Part shown: positions 20,773 to 29,952 of the stretch, one piece after another
Numbering within the stretch: the stretch's first letter is position 1
Layout: each line of letters opens with the position of its first letter
From: an uncultured Bacteroidales bacterium
GTDB taxonomy: Bacteria; Bacteroidota; Bacteroidia; Bacteroidales; UBA932
Assembly: GCA_945983015.1 (NCBI GenBank)
Contig: CAMFSN010000001.1
Coordinates: forward strand, 1 to 45,400
DNA: 45,400 nt
Direction: 5' to 3'
The notes under the pieces: model-generated
Told to the model about the DNA's origin: nothing
The model's database searches: none
What the model saw: the letters and a program-made list of their open reading frames with translations, nothing else
Made by a program: the position numbers and the translations under genes

Positions 20773-22153
20773 TGACTTCCTAAAGGCCTTTGCCTTCGAA
20801 GCTACTTCCTGCCAGGATAGATTCTTTAGGGCAGTGTCCGATTTTCTGAGCTCTGACGATGGAGATATTCTGGTAGTGAACGGCTACGCAGGTACAGGTA
20901 AGACCTCAGCCGTATCCGCTGTTATCAATTCATTGATAAGCAGAGGTTTTCACTGCACTCTTCTGGCTCCTACCGGTAGGGCGGCTAAGGTTTTGAGTCA
21001 GATTTCGGGACATAAGGCATCTACCATCCACAAGGGCATTTACAGACAGAAAAGTGTGGGTGAGTATGGCCGCGGGGAGTTTACTCTCAGTCCTAACAAG
21101 GCCAAGCATTGCCTATTTGTGGTTGATGAGGCTTCGCTTATCGGGGTGGATTCTTCCTCTTTGGCTGCATTCGGATCGGGGAATCTCCTCTCTGACCTCG
21201 TTACTTTCGTCCGCAGTGGGGAAGACTGCCGTCTGATGCTGATAGGAGACAGCGCTCAGCTGCCGCCTGTGGGTATGGAAGAAAGCCCCGCCTTGGATCC
21301 TTCCTGTATGGATGTCTTTGGCGGAGTCAGCTATGTGGAACTGAGCACTGTGGTAAGGCAGGGAGAAATGTCTGGAATTCTGAAAAATGCCACAGATTTG
21401 AGGCTGAACCTGGACGCGGGAAGATTGGCATTGAAGACAAAGGGCTATGAGGATGTCCAGTGCATAAGTGGCTCGGAGCTGATAGAAGCCTTAAGCGATG
21501 CCTATGGCACATACGGGGACGATCAGACCATAGTGGTGTGCAGGTCGAACAGGAAAGCCATACGTTATAATCTGGGTATCCGTTCAATGGTGGAGTATAA
21601 GGAGGAGAAATTGCTAAGGGGAGACAAGCTTATGGTGGTGAAGAACTGTTATCAGTTCGTAGATGAGAATTCTCCTATGGGATATATTGCTAACGGGGAT
21701 GTCGCCATTTTGGAGAAGATTTCGGATTTTGAGCAGAGGTATGGGCTGCATTTTGCCAATGCCACCCTTTCTTTTCCCGATTATGACAATGAGACCATAA
21801 GGGCGAAGGTCCTTCTCGACACTTTGGAGTCGGAGAATGCGGCTTTGAGCACTGAGCAGCAGAACGCCCTCTTTGAGGGAGTGAGTGAGGATTATTCCCA
21901 CATCAGAACCAAGGCCAAGCGATATAGGGAGATTAGGGAAGACCCTTATTACAATGCCCTTCAGCTCAAATACGCCTCTGCCCTTACCTGTCATAAGTCT
22001 CAGGGCGGACAGTGGGACTGTGTCTTTATAGACTGTCCATTCTGGGAGGAGGAACTGAGCCGAGACGATCTGAAATGGATGTACACCGCCATCACTCGTG
22101 CGGTAAAGAAGCTATACCTTGTGAATTTTAATAAAAATTATCTTGACGATTAG
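20762..22153 (+). CDS. RecD-like SF1B ATP-dependent DNA helicase (exonuclease V alpha-like)
   Basis: GYAGTGKT, LAPTGRAAK, STIHK.IY, VVDEAS, GDSAQLPPV, TCHKSQGGQW and YTAITRA. Confidence 0.92.
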   Translation: MFYDDFLKAFAFEATSCQDRFFRAVSDFLSSDDGDILVVNGYAGTGKTSAVSAVINSLISRGFHCTLLAPTGRAAKVLSQISGHKASTIHKGIYRQKSVGEYGRGEFTLSPNKAKHCLFVVDEASLIGVDSSSLAAFGSGNLLSDLVTFVRSGEDCRLMLIGDSAQLPPVGMEESPALDPSCMDVFGGVSYVELSTVVRQGEMSGILKNATDLRLNLDAGRLALKTKGYEDVQCISGSELIEALSDAYGTYGDDQTIVVCRSNRKAIRYNLGIRSMVEYKEEKLLRGDKLMVVKNCYQFVDENSPMGYIANGDVAILEKISDFEQRYGLHFANATLSFPDYDNETIRAKVLLDTLESENAALSTEQQNALFEGVSEDYSHIRTKAKRYREIREDPYYNALQLKYASALTCHKSQGGQWDCVFIDCPFWEEELSRDDLKWMYTAITRAVKKLYLVNFNKNYLDD

Positions 22154-22167
22154 TTAATTTGTTTTAT

Positions 22168-23961
22168 ATGAATATATTAAACATAGTTGTTACTTTACTG
22201 TTGGCCTTCAATCAGACCAGTTCTCCTGATGGAAAGTATAGAGCATACACCACAGAGGAGCATAATCTGGTGGTGGATAATTTGGAGGAAGGATATTGTC
22301 AGCCTCTTACTTCGGACGGCTCCGAGACTATCTTGAACGGCTATGCCTCATGGGTATATTACGAGGAGATTTTCGGAAGGGCTTCGAACTACAAGGCATT
22401 CTGGTGGAGTCCGGATTCGAAAAAATTGGCATTCTATAGATTTGATAACGGGGAGGTGCCTCTCTTCCCCATATATTCCGCACAGGGGCAGAGGGGTTCC
22501 CTTCTGAATACCAGATATCCGAAGGCGGGGGAGCCGAATCCGGTGGTACGTATAGGCATTGTGGATATGGAAAAGGGCGGAGAGATACAGTGGGCGGATT
22601 TCCCGATTACGGGGGAGCAGTATTTCGGTACTCCTTTCTGGTCGCAGGACTCCAAGTCTCTGTATGTGCAGTGGATGCCTAGGGTGCAGCAGGAACTTAG
22701 GCTCTATAGGCTGGATGTGGAAAGCGGAAAGAGCACTTGCGTCTATAGTGAAAGCAGTGAGACCTGGGTCGATTGGATGGAGGATATGTTATTCACTTCC
22801 AAGGGCTTATATATGGTGAGGGATACGAATGATGACTGGCAGCAGATTTACTTTCTCTCCTATGACGGAAAGACTTTGAAGAAACTTACCAGCGGAGAGA
22901 ACTGGAGGGTGAAACTGCTGGATATAGACCCTCAGGGAAGGGTGTATTTCACGGCTCACAGGGATTCAAAGGTGCATTCCTGCCTGTACAGAGTGAATCA
23001 GAAGGGAAAGATAGAAAGGCTTACAATTGACTTCCAGCATGCTTCTGACGTGGAGTTCTCCGAGGATTTCAAGTATTTTGAAGTGAATCACAGCGACATT
23101 AACACTCAGCCTAGGCGTTTCCGCTATAAGACCGGAAGCTTTGAGATGGAGCAACTCACCCTGTGTAACAAAGTGGCTCAGCCAAGTCCTTATACGGAGA
23201 TAATATATCTAAAGATGGAGGATGGGCTGGAGGTTCCTGCCGCCATTACTTTGCCCAAGGATTTTGATCCCCAGAAAAAATATCCACTGGTTATGGAAAT
23301 TTATGGCGGACCTAATACCGCCTATGTCAGAAATTGGTGGCGTGGGGGCTACGAGCGTAAGCTTTGGTATTACGAGAACGGAATCATTAAGGTGGTGGCT
23401 GACTGCAGGGCCTCAGGGCATAATGGCAGGAAAGGTCTGGACCTTATCTATGAAGACCTTGTCACTGTTCCCGTGAATGATTTCGTGGCCTGGGCCAAGT
23501 TTTTTTCGGAGCTCCCTTATGTGGATTCCGACAGGATAGGTGTGGAAGGCTTTTCTTTTGGAGGCAGTATGACCGCTATGCTGGTTATGACCCATCCGGA
23601 GTATTTCCGTTGCGGAATTGCCGGTGGGGGAGTTTATGACTGGATGCTCTACGATACCCATTACACGGAGCGTTTTATGAACACTCCACAGAATAATCCT
23701 CAGGGTTATGAGAAGGCGAAGGTGCTCAACTACGTGCAGTACTATGACTCTTCCCGCTCAATGCTGAAACTAACTCACGGTACCGGGGATGACAATGTGC
23801 ATTTTCAGAATACTCTCCAGCTCATCGATGCCCTTCAAAGGGAGGATGAGCAGTTCGAGCTGATGATCTATCCCGATGGGATGCACGGTTACAGGGGAGA
23901 GCAGGGGGTGCACGATATGCATTCGGATTGGAAATTTTGGGCAGAATATTTAAATCTTTAA
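22168..23961 (+). CDS. S9B dipeptidyl-peptidase IV family serine peptidase, N-terminally short
   Basis: WVYYEE, WWSPDS, YPKAG..NP, YGGP, nucleophile GFSFGG, YDTHYTERFM, HGTGDDNVH and YP...HG. Confidence 0.93.
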   Translation: MNILNIVVTLLLAFNQTSSPDGKYRAYTTEEHNLVVDNLEEGYCQPLTSDGSETILNGYASWVYYEEIFGRASNYKAFWWSPDSKKLAFYRFDNGEVPLFPIYSAQGQRGSLLNTRYPKAGEPNPVVRIGIVDMEKGGEIQWADFPITGEQYFGTPFWSQDSKSLYVQWMPRVQQELRLYRLDVESGKSTCVYSESSETWVDWMEDMLFTSKGLYMVRDTNDDWQQIYFLSYDGKTLKKLTSGENWRVKLLDIDPQGRVYFTAHRDSKVHSCLYRVNQKGKIERLTIDFQHASDVEFSEDFKYFEVNHSDINTQPRRFRYKTGSFEMEQLTLCNKVAQPSPYTEIIYLKMEDGLEVPAAITLPKDFDPQKKYPLVMEIYGGPNTAYVRNWWRGGYERKLWYYENGIIKVVADCRASGHNGRKGLDLIYEDLVTVPVNDFVAWAKFFSELPYVDSDRIGVEGFSFGGSMTAMLVMTHPEYFRCGIAGGGVYDWMLYDTHYTERFMNTPQNNPQGYEKAKVLNYVQYYDSSRSMLKLTHGTGDDNVHFQNTLQLIDALQREDEQFELMIYPDGMHGYRGEQGVHDMHSDWKFWAEYLNL

Positions 23962-23976
23962 ACATAATATTACACT

Positions 23977-25638
23977 ATGGCTGATTATTTGAAAATTGCG
24001 CAGAGCTGGTTGGGACCAGAATTTGACCAGCAGACCAGAGAGCAGGTTCAGGCTCTTATCGATGGACCTCAATCTGAGCTGGAAGATGCTTTTTACCGCA
24101 ATCTGGAGTTCGGTACTGGCGGACTTCGCGGGATTATGGGTGTGGGAACAAACCGTATGAACGTATATACGGTGGCTATGGCTACCCAGGGATTGGCAGA
24201 GTACATTCTTAAGAATGTGAAAGATGCCCCTCTGTCAGTGTGCATCTCCTACGACAGCAGGAACAACAGCCGCGAGTTCGCTCGAATAGCTTCAGAGGTT
24301 TTGAGTGCTAACGGAATAGATGTCTTCCTTTTCGATGACATTCGTCCTACCCCTGAACTTAGCTACAGCATCCGCCTGAAGAAGGCTACCGCTGGTATTA
24401 TGGTGACCGCATCCCATAATCCTAAGGAGTACAACGGTTACAAGGTGTTCTGGAGTGACGGTGGTCAGATTACCTCTCCTGTGGATAAGGATATCGTGGC
24501 TCAGGTAGCTCAGATTACCTCTCCTTCAATGGTGAAATTCCACGCTGATGGAAAGGCTGGAAAGATTACTATGATGGGAAAGGAAGAGGACGAGCAGTAT
24601 CTCAGGGATATCCTCTCCCTTACCCTTGGAAAGGGTGTGAATGAGAAACACTCTGATCTCAAGATAGTTTACACTCCTCTGCACGGCTGCGGGGTGAAAC
24701 TCGTGCCTGCCACCTTGAATGCCCTGGGCTTCAAGAACATAGTTCACGTCCCAGAGCAGGATGTCCCAGATGGAAACTTCCCTACGGTCGTATCTCCTAA
24801 CCCTGAGGAGCCTTCTGCCCTGAAGATGGCTATAGAGAAGGCTGACGAGTGCGGCGCAGACCTGGTGATCGCCACTGACCCTGACGCAGACCGTATGGGT
24901 ATAGCTGTTCGAGATAACGAAGGAAAGATGGTTCTCTTTAACGGTAACCAGACCGCTTCCATTATGACCTACTATGTGCTGAGCAAGTGGAAGGAGGCCG
25001 GCCGCCTTACCCCAGGCAAGTACTGCGTGAAGACTATCGTTACCACTGAGCTGATTCGCGAGATCTGCGAGAGCTTCAATGTCCCTGTCTATAATGTACT
25101 TACCGGTTTCAAGTACATAGCTGAGGTAGTGCGTACCCACGAGCAGGATGGTGAGTTCATCTGCGGCGGTGAGGAAAGCTATGGCTTTAATTTAGGCCAA
25201 TTCGTCCGCGACAAGGATGCTCAGATCGCTTCTGCCATCATTACCGAGGCTGCCGCCTGGGCTGCAGAGCAGGGCTTGAGTCTGTATCAGCTGATGCAGA
25301 AGATCTATGCCGAGTACGGCTATCGCAAGGAGGCTCTGGTTAGCCTGGTACGTAAGGGTAAGAGCGGAGCTGAGGAAATTCAGCAGATTATGGCTGATTT
25401 CAGAAGCAATCCACCTGCCACCATGTGCGGCTCAAAGGTAGTGAAGGTCGTAGATTATCTGGATACAGAGGCTACAGGTCTTCCTAAGAGCAATGTGCTT
25501 CAATTTTTCACTGCAGATTCTGACGTAGTGAGCATCCGTCCTTCAGGCACTGAACCTAAGATCAAGTTCTACTTCGGGGCTAAGGGTCCTGATGCGGACC
25601 ATAAGATCGAATTGCTTAAAGAGCAGTTTGTGAAGTAA
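23977..25638 (+). CDS. pgm: Phosphoglucomutase/phosphomannomutase
   Basis: FGTGGLRG, TASHNP, DPDADR, GEESYG and RPSGTEPKIK. Confidence 0.95.
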   Translation: MADYLKIAQSWLGPEFDQQTREQVQALIDGPQSELEDAFYRNLEFGTGGLRGIMGVGTNRMNVYTVAMATQGLAEYILKNVKDAPLSVCISYDSRNNSREFARIASEVLSANGIDVFLFDDIRPTPELSYSIRLKKATAGIMVTASHNPKEYNGYKVFWSDGGQITSPVDKDIVAQVAQITSPSMVKFHADGKAGKITMMGKEEDEQYLRDILSLTLGKGVNEKHSDLKIVYTPLHGCGVKLVPATLNALGFKNIVHVPEQDVPDGNFPTVVSPNPEEPSALKMAIEKADECGADLVIATDPDADRMGIAVRDNEGKMVLFNGNQTASIMTYYVLSKWKEAGRLTPGKYCVKTIVTTELIREICESFNVPVYNVLTGFKYIAEVVRTHEQDGEFICGGEESYGFNLGQFVRDKDAQIASAIITEAAAWAAEQGLSLYQLMQKIYAEYGYRKEALVSLVRKGKSGAEEIQQIMADFRSNPPATMCGSKVVKVVDYLDTEATGLPKSNVLQFFTADSDVVSIRPSGTEPKIKFYFGAKGPDADHKIELLKEQFVK

Positions 25639-26257
25639 AATACTTACAATAAGGCTTCAGCGCGCATTCTGCACAGCGGGGTGCGCGCGAAGTGCATATA
25701 TAGCGGCCGTGCAGTATGAGCCAATGGTGGGCCTTAGCCCTAAGATTCTCTGGAATATATCTTTCCAGGTCTTTTTCGACTGCGTCCGGAGTTTTCCCTT
25801 CGCTTAGTCCAAGCCGGTGGGAGAGGCGGAAGACGTGGGTGTCCACTGCGATGACGGGCTTGTCGTAGATGATGGAGGCAACGACATTGGCAGTCTTTCT
25901 GCCCACTCCACTCAGTTTCATAAGTTCCTCTATCTCAGAGGGAACTTCTCCCCCATGTTTTTCTACTATCCCTCGAGCCATCTCAACCAGGTGTTCGGCT
26001 TTGGAGTTTGGGTATGAAATGGAGGCGATAATGCGTTTGACATCACTGGGATCCGCAGAGGAGAGGGCCTGCACGTCTGGGTACGCGGCAAAGAGCTGCG
26101 GACTTACCATATTCACTCTCTTGTCCGTGCATTGGGCAGAGAGCACTACGGCGCAGATCAGCTCGTAGGGAGAGCTGAATTTCAATTCGGGATTTGGCTG
26201 GGGCATAGCCTCCTGGAAATAGGCTATGACTTTTTCAAAGCGCTCCTTCCTTTTCAT
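25616..26257 (-). CDS. nth: Endonuclease III
   Basis: LSAQCTDKRVN, HhH L.GVGRKTA, AVDTHVFR and the C-X6-C-X2-C-X5-C Fe-S motif. Confidence 0.97.
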   Translation of the reverse strand: MKRKERFEKVIAYFQEAMPQPNPELKFSSPYELICAVVLSAQCTDKRVNMVSPQLFAAYPDVQALSSADPSDVKRIIASISYPNSKAEHLVEMARGIVEKHGGEVPSEIEELMKLSGVGRKTANVVASIIYDKPVIAVDTHVFRLSHRLGLSEGKTPDAVEKDLERYIPENLRAKAHHWLILHGRYICTSRAPRCAECALKPYCKYFTSQTAL

Positions 26258-26924
26258 CGGGCTGGGTGTAAAGGTGACAACTCTCGTTTTCGCAGATGTA
26301 GAGGGTGGCAGGATGCCTTTCTATCAGGGCTCTGTCGTGGGTGATGATGACTATGGCAGTGCCTTTGCGGTTCACTTCTTCGAAGAGCTGCATAATGCCT
26401 TCTGCAGTGTCCCTGTCCAGGGAACCGGTGGGTTCGTCAGCCAGAATGATCTGCGGGTCGTTCAGCAGGGCTCTGGCTATGCAAACCCTCTGCTGTTCTC
26501 CTCCGGAGAGCTGATGCGGGAATCTATGGGATTTGGTGTTCATCCCAGTAAGGCTCAGCACTTCCTCTATGCGCTTTTCTATCTCTGCCTCCTTTTTCCA
26601 TCCGGTGGCTTTCAGCACGAAACTGAGATTGTCGTGAACGTTTCTGTCGCTGAGTAGCTGGAGATCCTGAAAGACTACGCCTATCTTTCGGCGCAGCAGG
26701 GGAATATCCTTCTGTTTGATATGTGTGAGATCGTAGGAGCAGACCCTCAGTTCTCCTGCTTCTGGAGGATACTCTGCGATGAAGCTGCGGAAGATGGAGG
26801 TCTTTCCGCTGCCCACCTTACCCGTGATATAGATGAAATCCCCTTCTCGGATTTCCATATTCAGGTCATAGATGACTATGTTGTCCGAATTTGAGATATC
26901 TGCGTGTCGAGCTGATACTATCAT
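26235..26924 (-). CDS. FtsE-like ABC ATPase (no adjacent permease)
   Basis: [40 protein letters not shown] and THD. Confidence 0.88.
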   Translation of the reverse strand: MIVSARHADISNSDNIVIYDLNMEIREGDFIYITGKVGSGKTSIFRSFIAEYPPEAGELRVCSYDLTHIKQKDIPLLRRKIGVVFQDLQLLSDRNVHDNLSFVLKATGWKKEAEIEKRIEEVLSLTGMNTKSHRFPHQLSGGEQQRVCIARALLNDPQIILADEPTGSLDRDTAEGIMQLFEEVNRKGTAIVIITHDRALIERHPATLYICENESCHLYTQPDEKEGAL

Positions 26925-26975
26925 TGTTTTTATCTTTTATTATCCGAGCTTCTCCGTTTTTACTACGTAATTTTA

Positions 26976-27004
26976 CAAATATAGTCGATTTTTTACTAAA
27001 TTTG
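26976..27004. promoter_or_regulatory. Back-to-back divergent -7 elements (ftsE-like/nth on -, TPR operon on +)
   Basis: TATATTTG at 26983-26976 (-) and TAAATTTG at 26997-27004 (+). Confidence 0.7.
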
Positions 27005-27030
27005 AGGCTTATTGTATAAAAACGCGGGAT

Positions 27031-29952
27031 ATGCTGACTAAACTTTTCATAGAACTATCCATCTTGCTTTCTGTCCAGAGCCCTAGCTACACTCAGGCCT
27101 TGGAACTGTATTCCCAGGGGCTGTACGAGAGGGCAAGGGTACTTTTCGAGGAGAATAAGGGCGAGGCCTTGAGCGAGGATTATGCCCTTCTGTGTGCCAT
27201 TAAACTGGGCAGCGAGGATTGTGCCTATCTTATGAAACAGGCAGACAAGTACAGGGAGAAGAGCGTACTTAATTCGGAAATCCATCGTCAGTATGCTTTG
27301 CGGCTTTTCGACCAGGCCTTGTACGAGGAGGCTCTGGAAGAGTTCTCTAAGGTGGATGTCTCTAAGCTCTCTTCGCTCGAGGCAGGGGAGTATTGGTATA
27401 AGAAAGCTTATTGCCACTTCATTCTTCAGGATTATCTCTCCTCGCGGGAGGAACTGCTGAAAGGCATTGAATATCAGAGCCCGTATCGTTATCCCTCCTA
27501 TTTTTCCCTGGGCGTTATAAATTATAATTTTCACGATTTCAAGCAGGCCCGCTCCTGGTTTGAGTTAAGTGTGGCTGATTCCAGATTTAAGGAACTGAGT
27601 GAGTTCTATCTGGTGGATTGTCATTTTATGACGGGAGACTACGATTATGTGTTGGACAAGGGGGAAACTCTCTTCGAGCAGCTTCCCGAGCAGCGGCAGA
27701 AGCATCTGGCCAGAATGCTCTCCGAGGCTTTTCTGGTGAAGGGAGATGCTGCCAATGCCAGAAAATACCTGGACAGGGGAGAAAGTATGAGCAATTCGGA
27801 TTATTTCAGGGCCGGCAGCGTGCAGTATGCAGTGGGGGACTATGCCTCGGCCATACGCAGCTTCGAGCAGATGAGCTGTAAGACTGATTCATTGGCCCAG
27901 ATAGCCGCTTACCAGAAGGCTTATTCCTATATTCAGCTTAAAAACAAGGTAAAGGCCCTGGAGAGTTTCAAAGAGGCTAGTTCCCTATCCTTCGACCCTA
28001 TGATAAAGGAGGATGCTCTCTTTAACTATGCGAAGCTCTCCTTCGACCTGAATAACGATGAAAGCGTTTTCCGTTATTATATTAACAGTTACGGCACCAC
28101 GAGAAAGGGGGAGTTGATATACGATTATCTGGCTATGTCAGCATTGCTGAAAAAGGACTATGCCCGCGCCGTCGAGGCCTATGATAACATAGACGAACTC
28201 TCCGAGGACCAGAAGAGTAACTACATAAAGGCCAATTTCCTTCGCGCCCAGCAGCTCCTCTCCATCGGCTCCTACTCTGCCGCTGTGCCTTACCTGAAGG
28301 CTGCCGCCTATTATCTGCCTAAGGATGACGAGTTCGGCCAGCTTTGCCGTTATTCTCTGGCCAATACCTACTACACCATAGACGCCTTTAAGGACGCTTT
28401 GACCGTTTACAATGACCTCTACAACCTTTCGGCTCTCTATGGCAGAGCTGAAGGGGCGCTTATCCCTTATAACATAGCCTATTGTTTTTTCAAACAGAGG
28501 GATTATCAGAATGCCTCCCGCTGGTTCGACATCTATATCTCTTCTTCTAATGCTCTGGCCAGACAGGATGCGCTTGTGAGAAGGGCTGATTGTGATTTTT
28601 CGCAGAAAAACTACAGGGCGGCCGCAGGGAAGTATAAAGCCGCAGTACAGGAATTCCCTGGCACGGACAATCTCTATCCTTACTACTATATGGGAGTCGC
28701 ACAGGGATTGGCATCTAATAAAAAAGGAAAGGTGGAAGCCCTCTCGCTGGCTATGAAGGCGGATCCGAAGGTGCCGTATTACCAGGAAAGCCTGTATGAG
28801 CTCGGAAGGGCTTATGCGGATAATTCTGAGCCGGAGAATGCCTTGAAAGCCTTCGATCTGCTCTACGCTAATTCCTCGGACCTGGAGTTTAAGTCTAAAG
28901 CTTTGATAGGCAAGGGAATGGTTAAGAGAAACCAGGGAGATATGGAAGGGGCTCTGAAGGATTACAAACTTTTGGTAAAGCAGTTTCCTAACAGTTCCTA
29001 CGTCTCCGATGCCCTTCTATCCATCCAGTCCATCTATACTTCTATGAAGCAGGCCGAGAAATATATAGAATATCTGGAGGCTAACAAACTCAGCACGGGA
29101 CGCAGCGAAGAGGAAAAGAGAAGTCTCTATTTCGGGACAGCCGAGCAGGTCTTCCTCGCCGGTAACTATCAGCAGGCCATCAATTCTTTCGCCAAGTATC
29201 TAGGTATGTATCCGGATTCCAAGCAGAGTCCTGAGGCTTATTATTACATAGCGGCCTCCTATAAGAATTTGAACCAGAAGGAGAAGGCCTGCGACTACTA
29301 TAAGAAGTCTATGGAAAAAGGTCTGGGAGGCTCTTTCGCCGAATTTGCCCTAATGGATTTCGCCCTGCTCTCCTATGCCCTGGAGGATTATCAGAGTGCT
29401 TACGAGGCCTATCTCAAACTCTCCTCCGACCAATACCCTATGAGTTCCAAGGAAGATGCATATAAGGGGGCGATGCGCTCAGCTTACAGGGCCAATTTGT
29501 ATGACAAAGCCATCGACGCTGCTTCCAAACTCCTGAAACTCAGCAGCTCCTCTGAGCTTCGCAGGGAGGCTCAGTACATACAGGCCAAATCTTATCTCTG
29601 CACTTCCCAAAGGGACAAGGCCTTTGATCTGCTTACCAAGCTCATCGCAGAGCCTAATAGCGCTGAAGGTGCGGAAAGTTACTACCTGATTATTCAGGCC
29701 CGTTTCGATTGGGGCCAATTCGAAAAGGTCGAGGAAGGAGTTTTTGATTTTTCAAGCAAGTGCAGCGAGCAGCCATATTGGCTCGCCAAGGCTTTCATTA
29801 CTTTGGCGGATTCCTATGTGGAAAGAGGAATGAATGAGCAGGCTGTAGCCACATATCAGAGCATTTTGGATGCTTATGAACCCTATGGTCCCGATGATGA
29901 CGTTTTAGAGACTGTGAATAATAAAATTACTGAAATAATACCAAATGAATAG
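27031..29952 (+). CDS. Large tetratricopeptide-repeat protein (973 aa), probably periplasmic
   Basis: Continuous TPR-like helical repeats (e.g. FPNSSYVSDALL, YPDSKQSPEAYYYIA) and a short hydrophobic N-terminus. Confidence 0.9.
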   Translation: MLTKLFIELSILLSVQSPSYTQALELYSQGLYERARVLFEENKGEALSEDYALLCAIKLGSEDCAYLMKQADKYREKSVLNSEIHRQYALRLFDQALYEEALEEFSKVDVSKLSSLEAGEYWYKKAYCHFILQDYLSSREELLKGIEYQSPYRYPSYFSLGVINYNFHDFKQARSWFELSVADSRFKELSEFYLVDCHFMTGDYDYVLDKGETLFEQLPEQRQKHLARMLSEAFLVKGDAANARKYLDRGESMSNSDYFRAGSVQYAVGDYASAIRSFEQMSCKTDSLAQIAAYQKAYSYIQLKNKVKALESFKEASSLSFDPMIKEDALFNYAKLSFDLNNDESVFRYYINSYGTTRKGELIYDYLAMSALLKKDYARAVEAYDNIDELSEDQKSNYIKANFLRAQQLLSIGSYSAAVPYLKAAAYYLPKDDEFGQLCRYSLANTYYTIDAFKDALTVYNDLYNLSALYGRAEGALIPYNIAYCFFKQRDYQNASRWFDIYISSSNALARQDALVRRADCDFSQKNYRAAAGKYKAAVQEFPGTDNLYPYYYMGVAQGLASNKKGKVEALSLAMKADPKVPYYQESLYELGRAYADNSEPENALKAFDLLYANSSDLEFKSKALIGKGMVKRNQGDMEGALKDYKLLVKQFPNSSYVSDALLSIQSIYTSMKQAEKYIEYLEANKLSTGRSEEEKRSLYFGTAEQVFLAGNYQQAINSFAKYLGMYPDSKQSPEAYYYIAASYKNLNQKEKACDYYKKSMEKGLGGSFAEFALMDFALLSYALEDYQSAYEAYLKLSSDQYPMSSKEDAYKGAMRSAYRANLYDKAIDAASKLLKLSSSSELRREAQYIQAKSYLCTSQRDKAFDLLTKLIAEPNSAEGAESYYLIIQARFDWGQFEKVEEGVFDFSSKCSEQPYWLAKAFITLADSYVERGMNEQAVATYQSILDAYEPYGPDDDVLETVNNKITEIIPNE

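Noticed and set aside
24480-24488. Perfect DnaA box TGTGGATAA
   Set aside because: Single, inside the pgm coding sequence (P-V-D-K codons), with no cluster or AT-rich unwinding element; not oriC.
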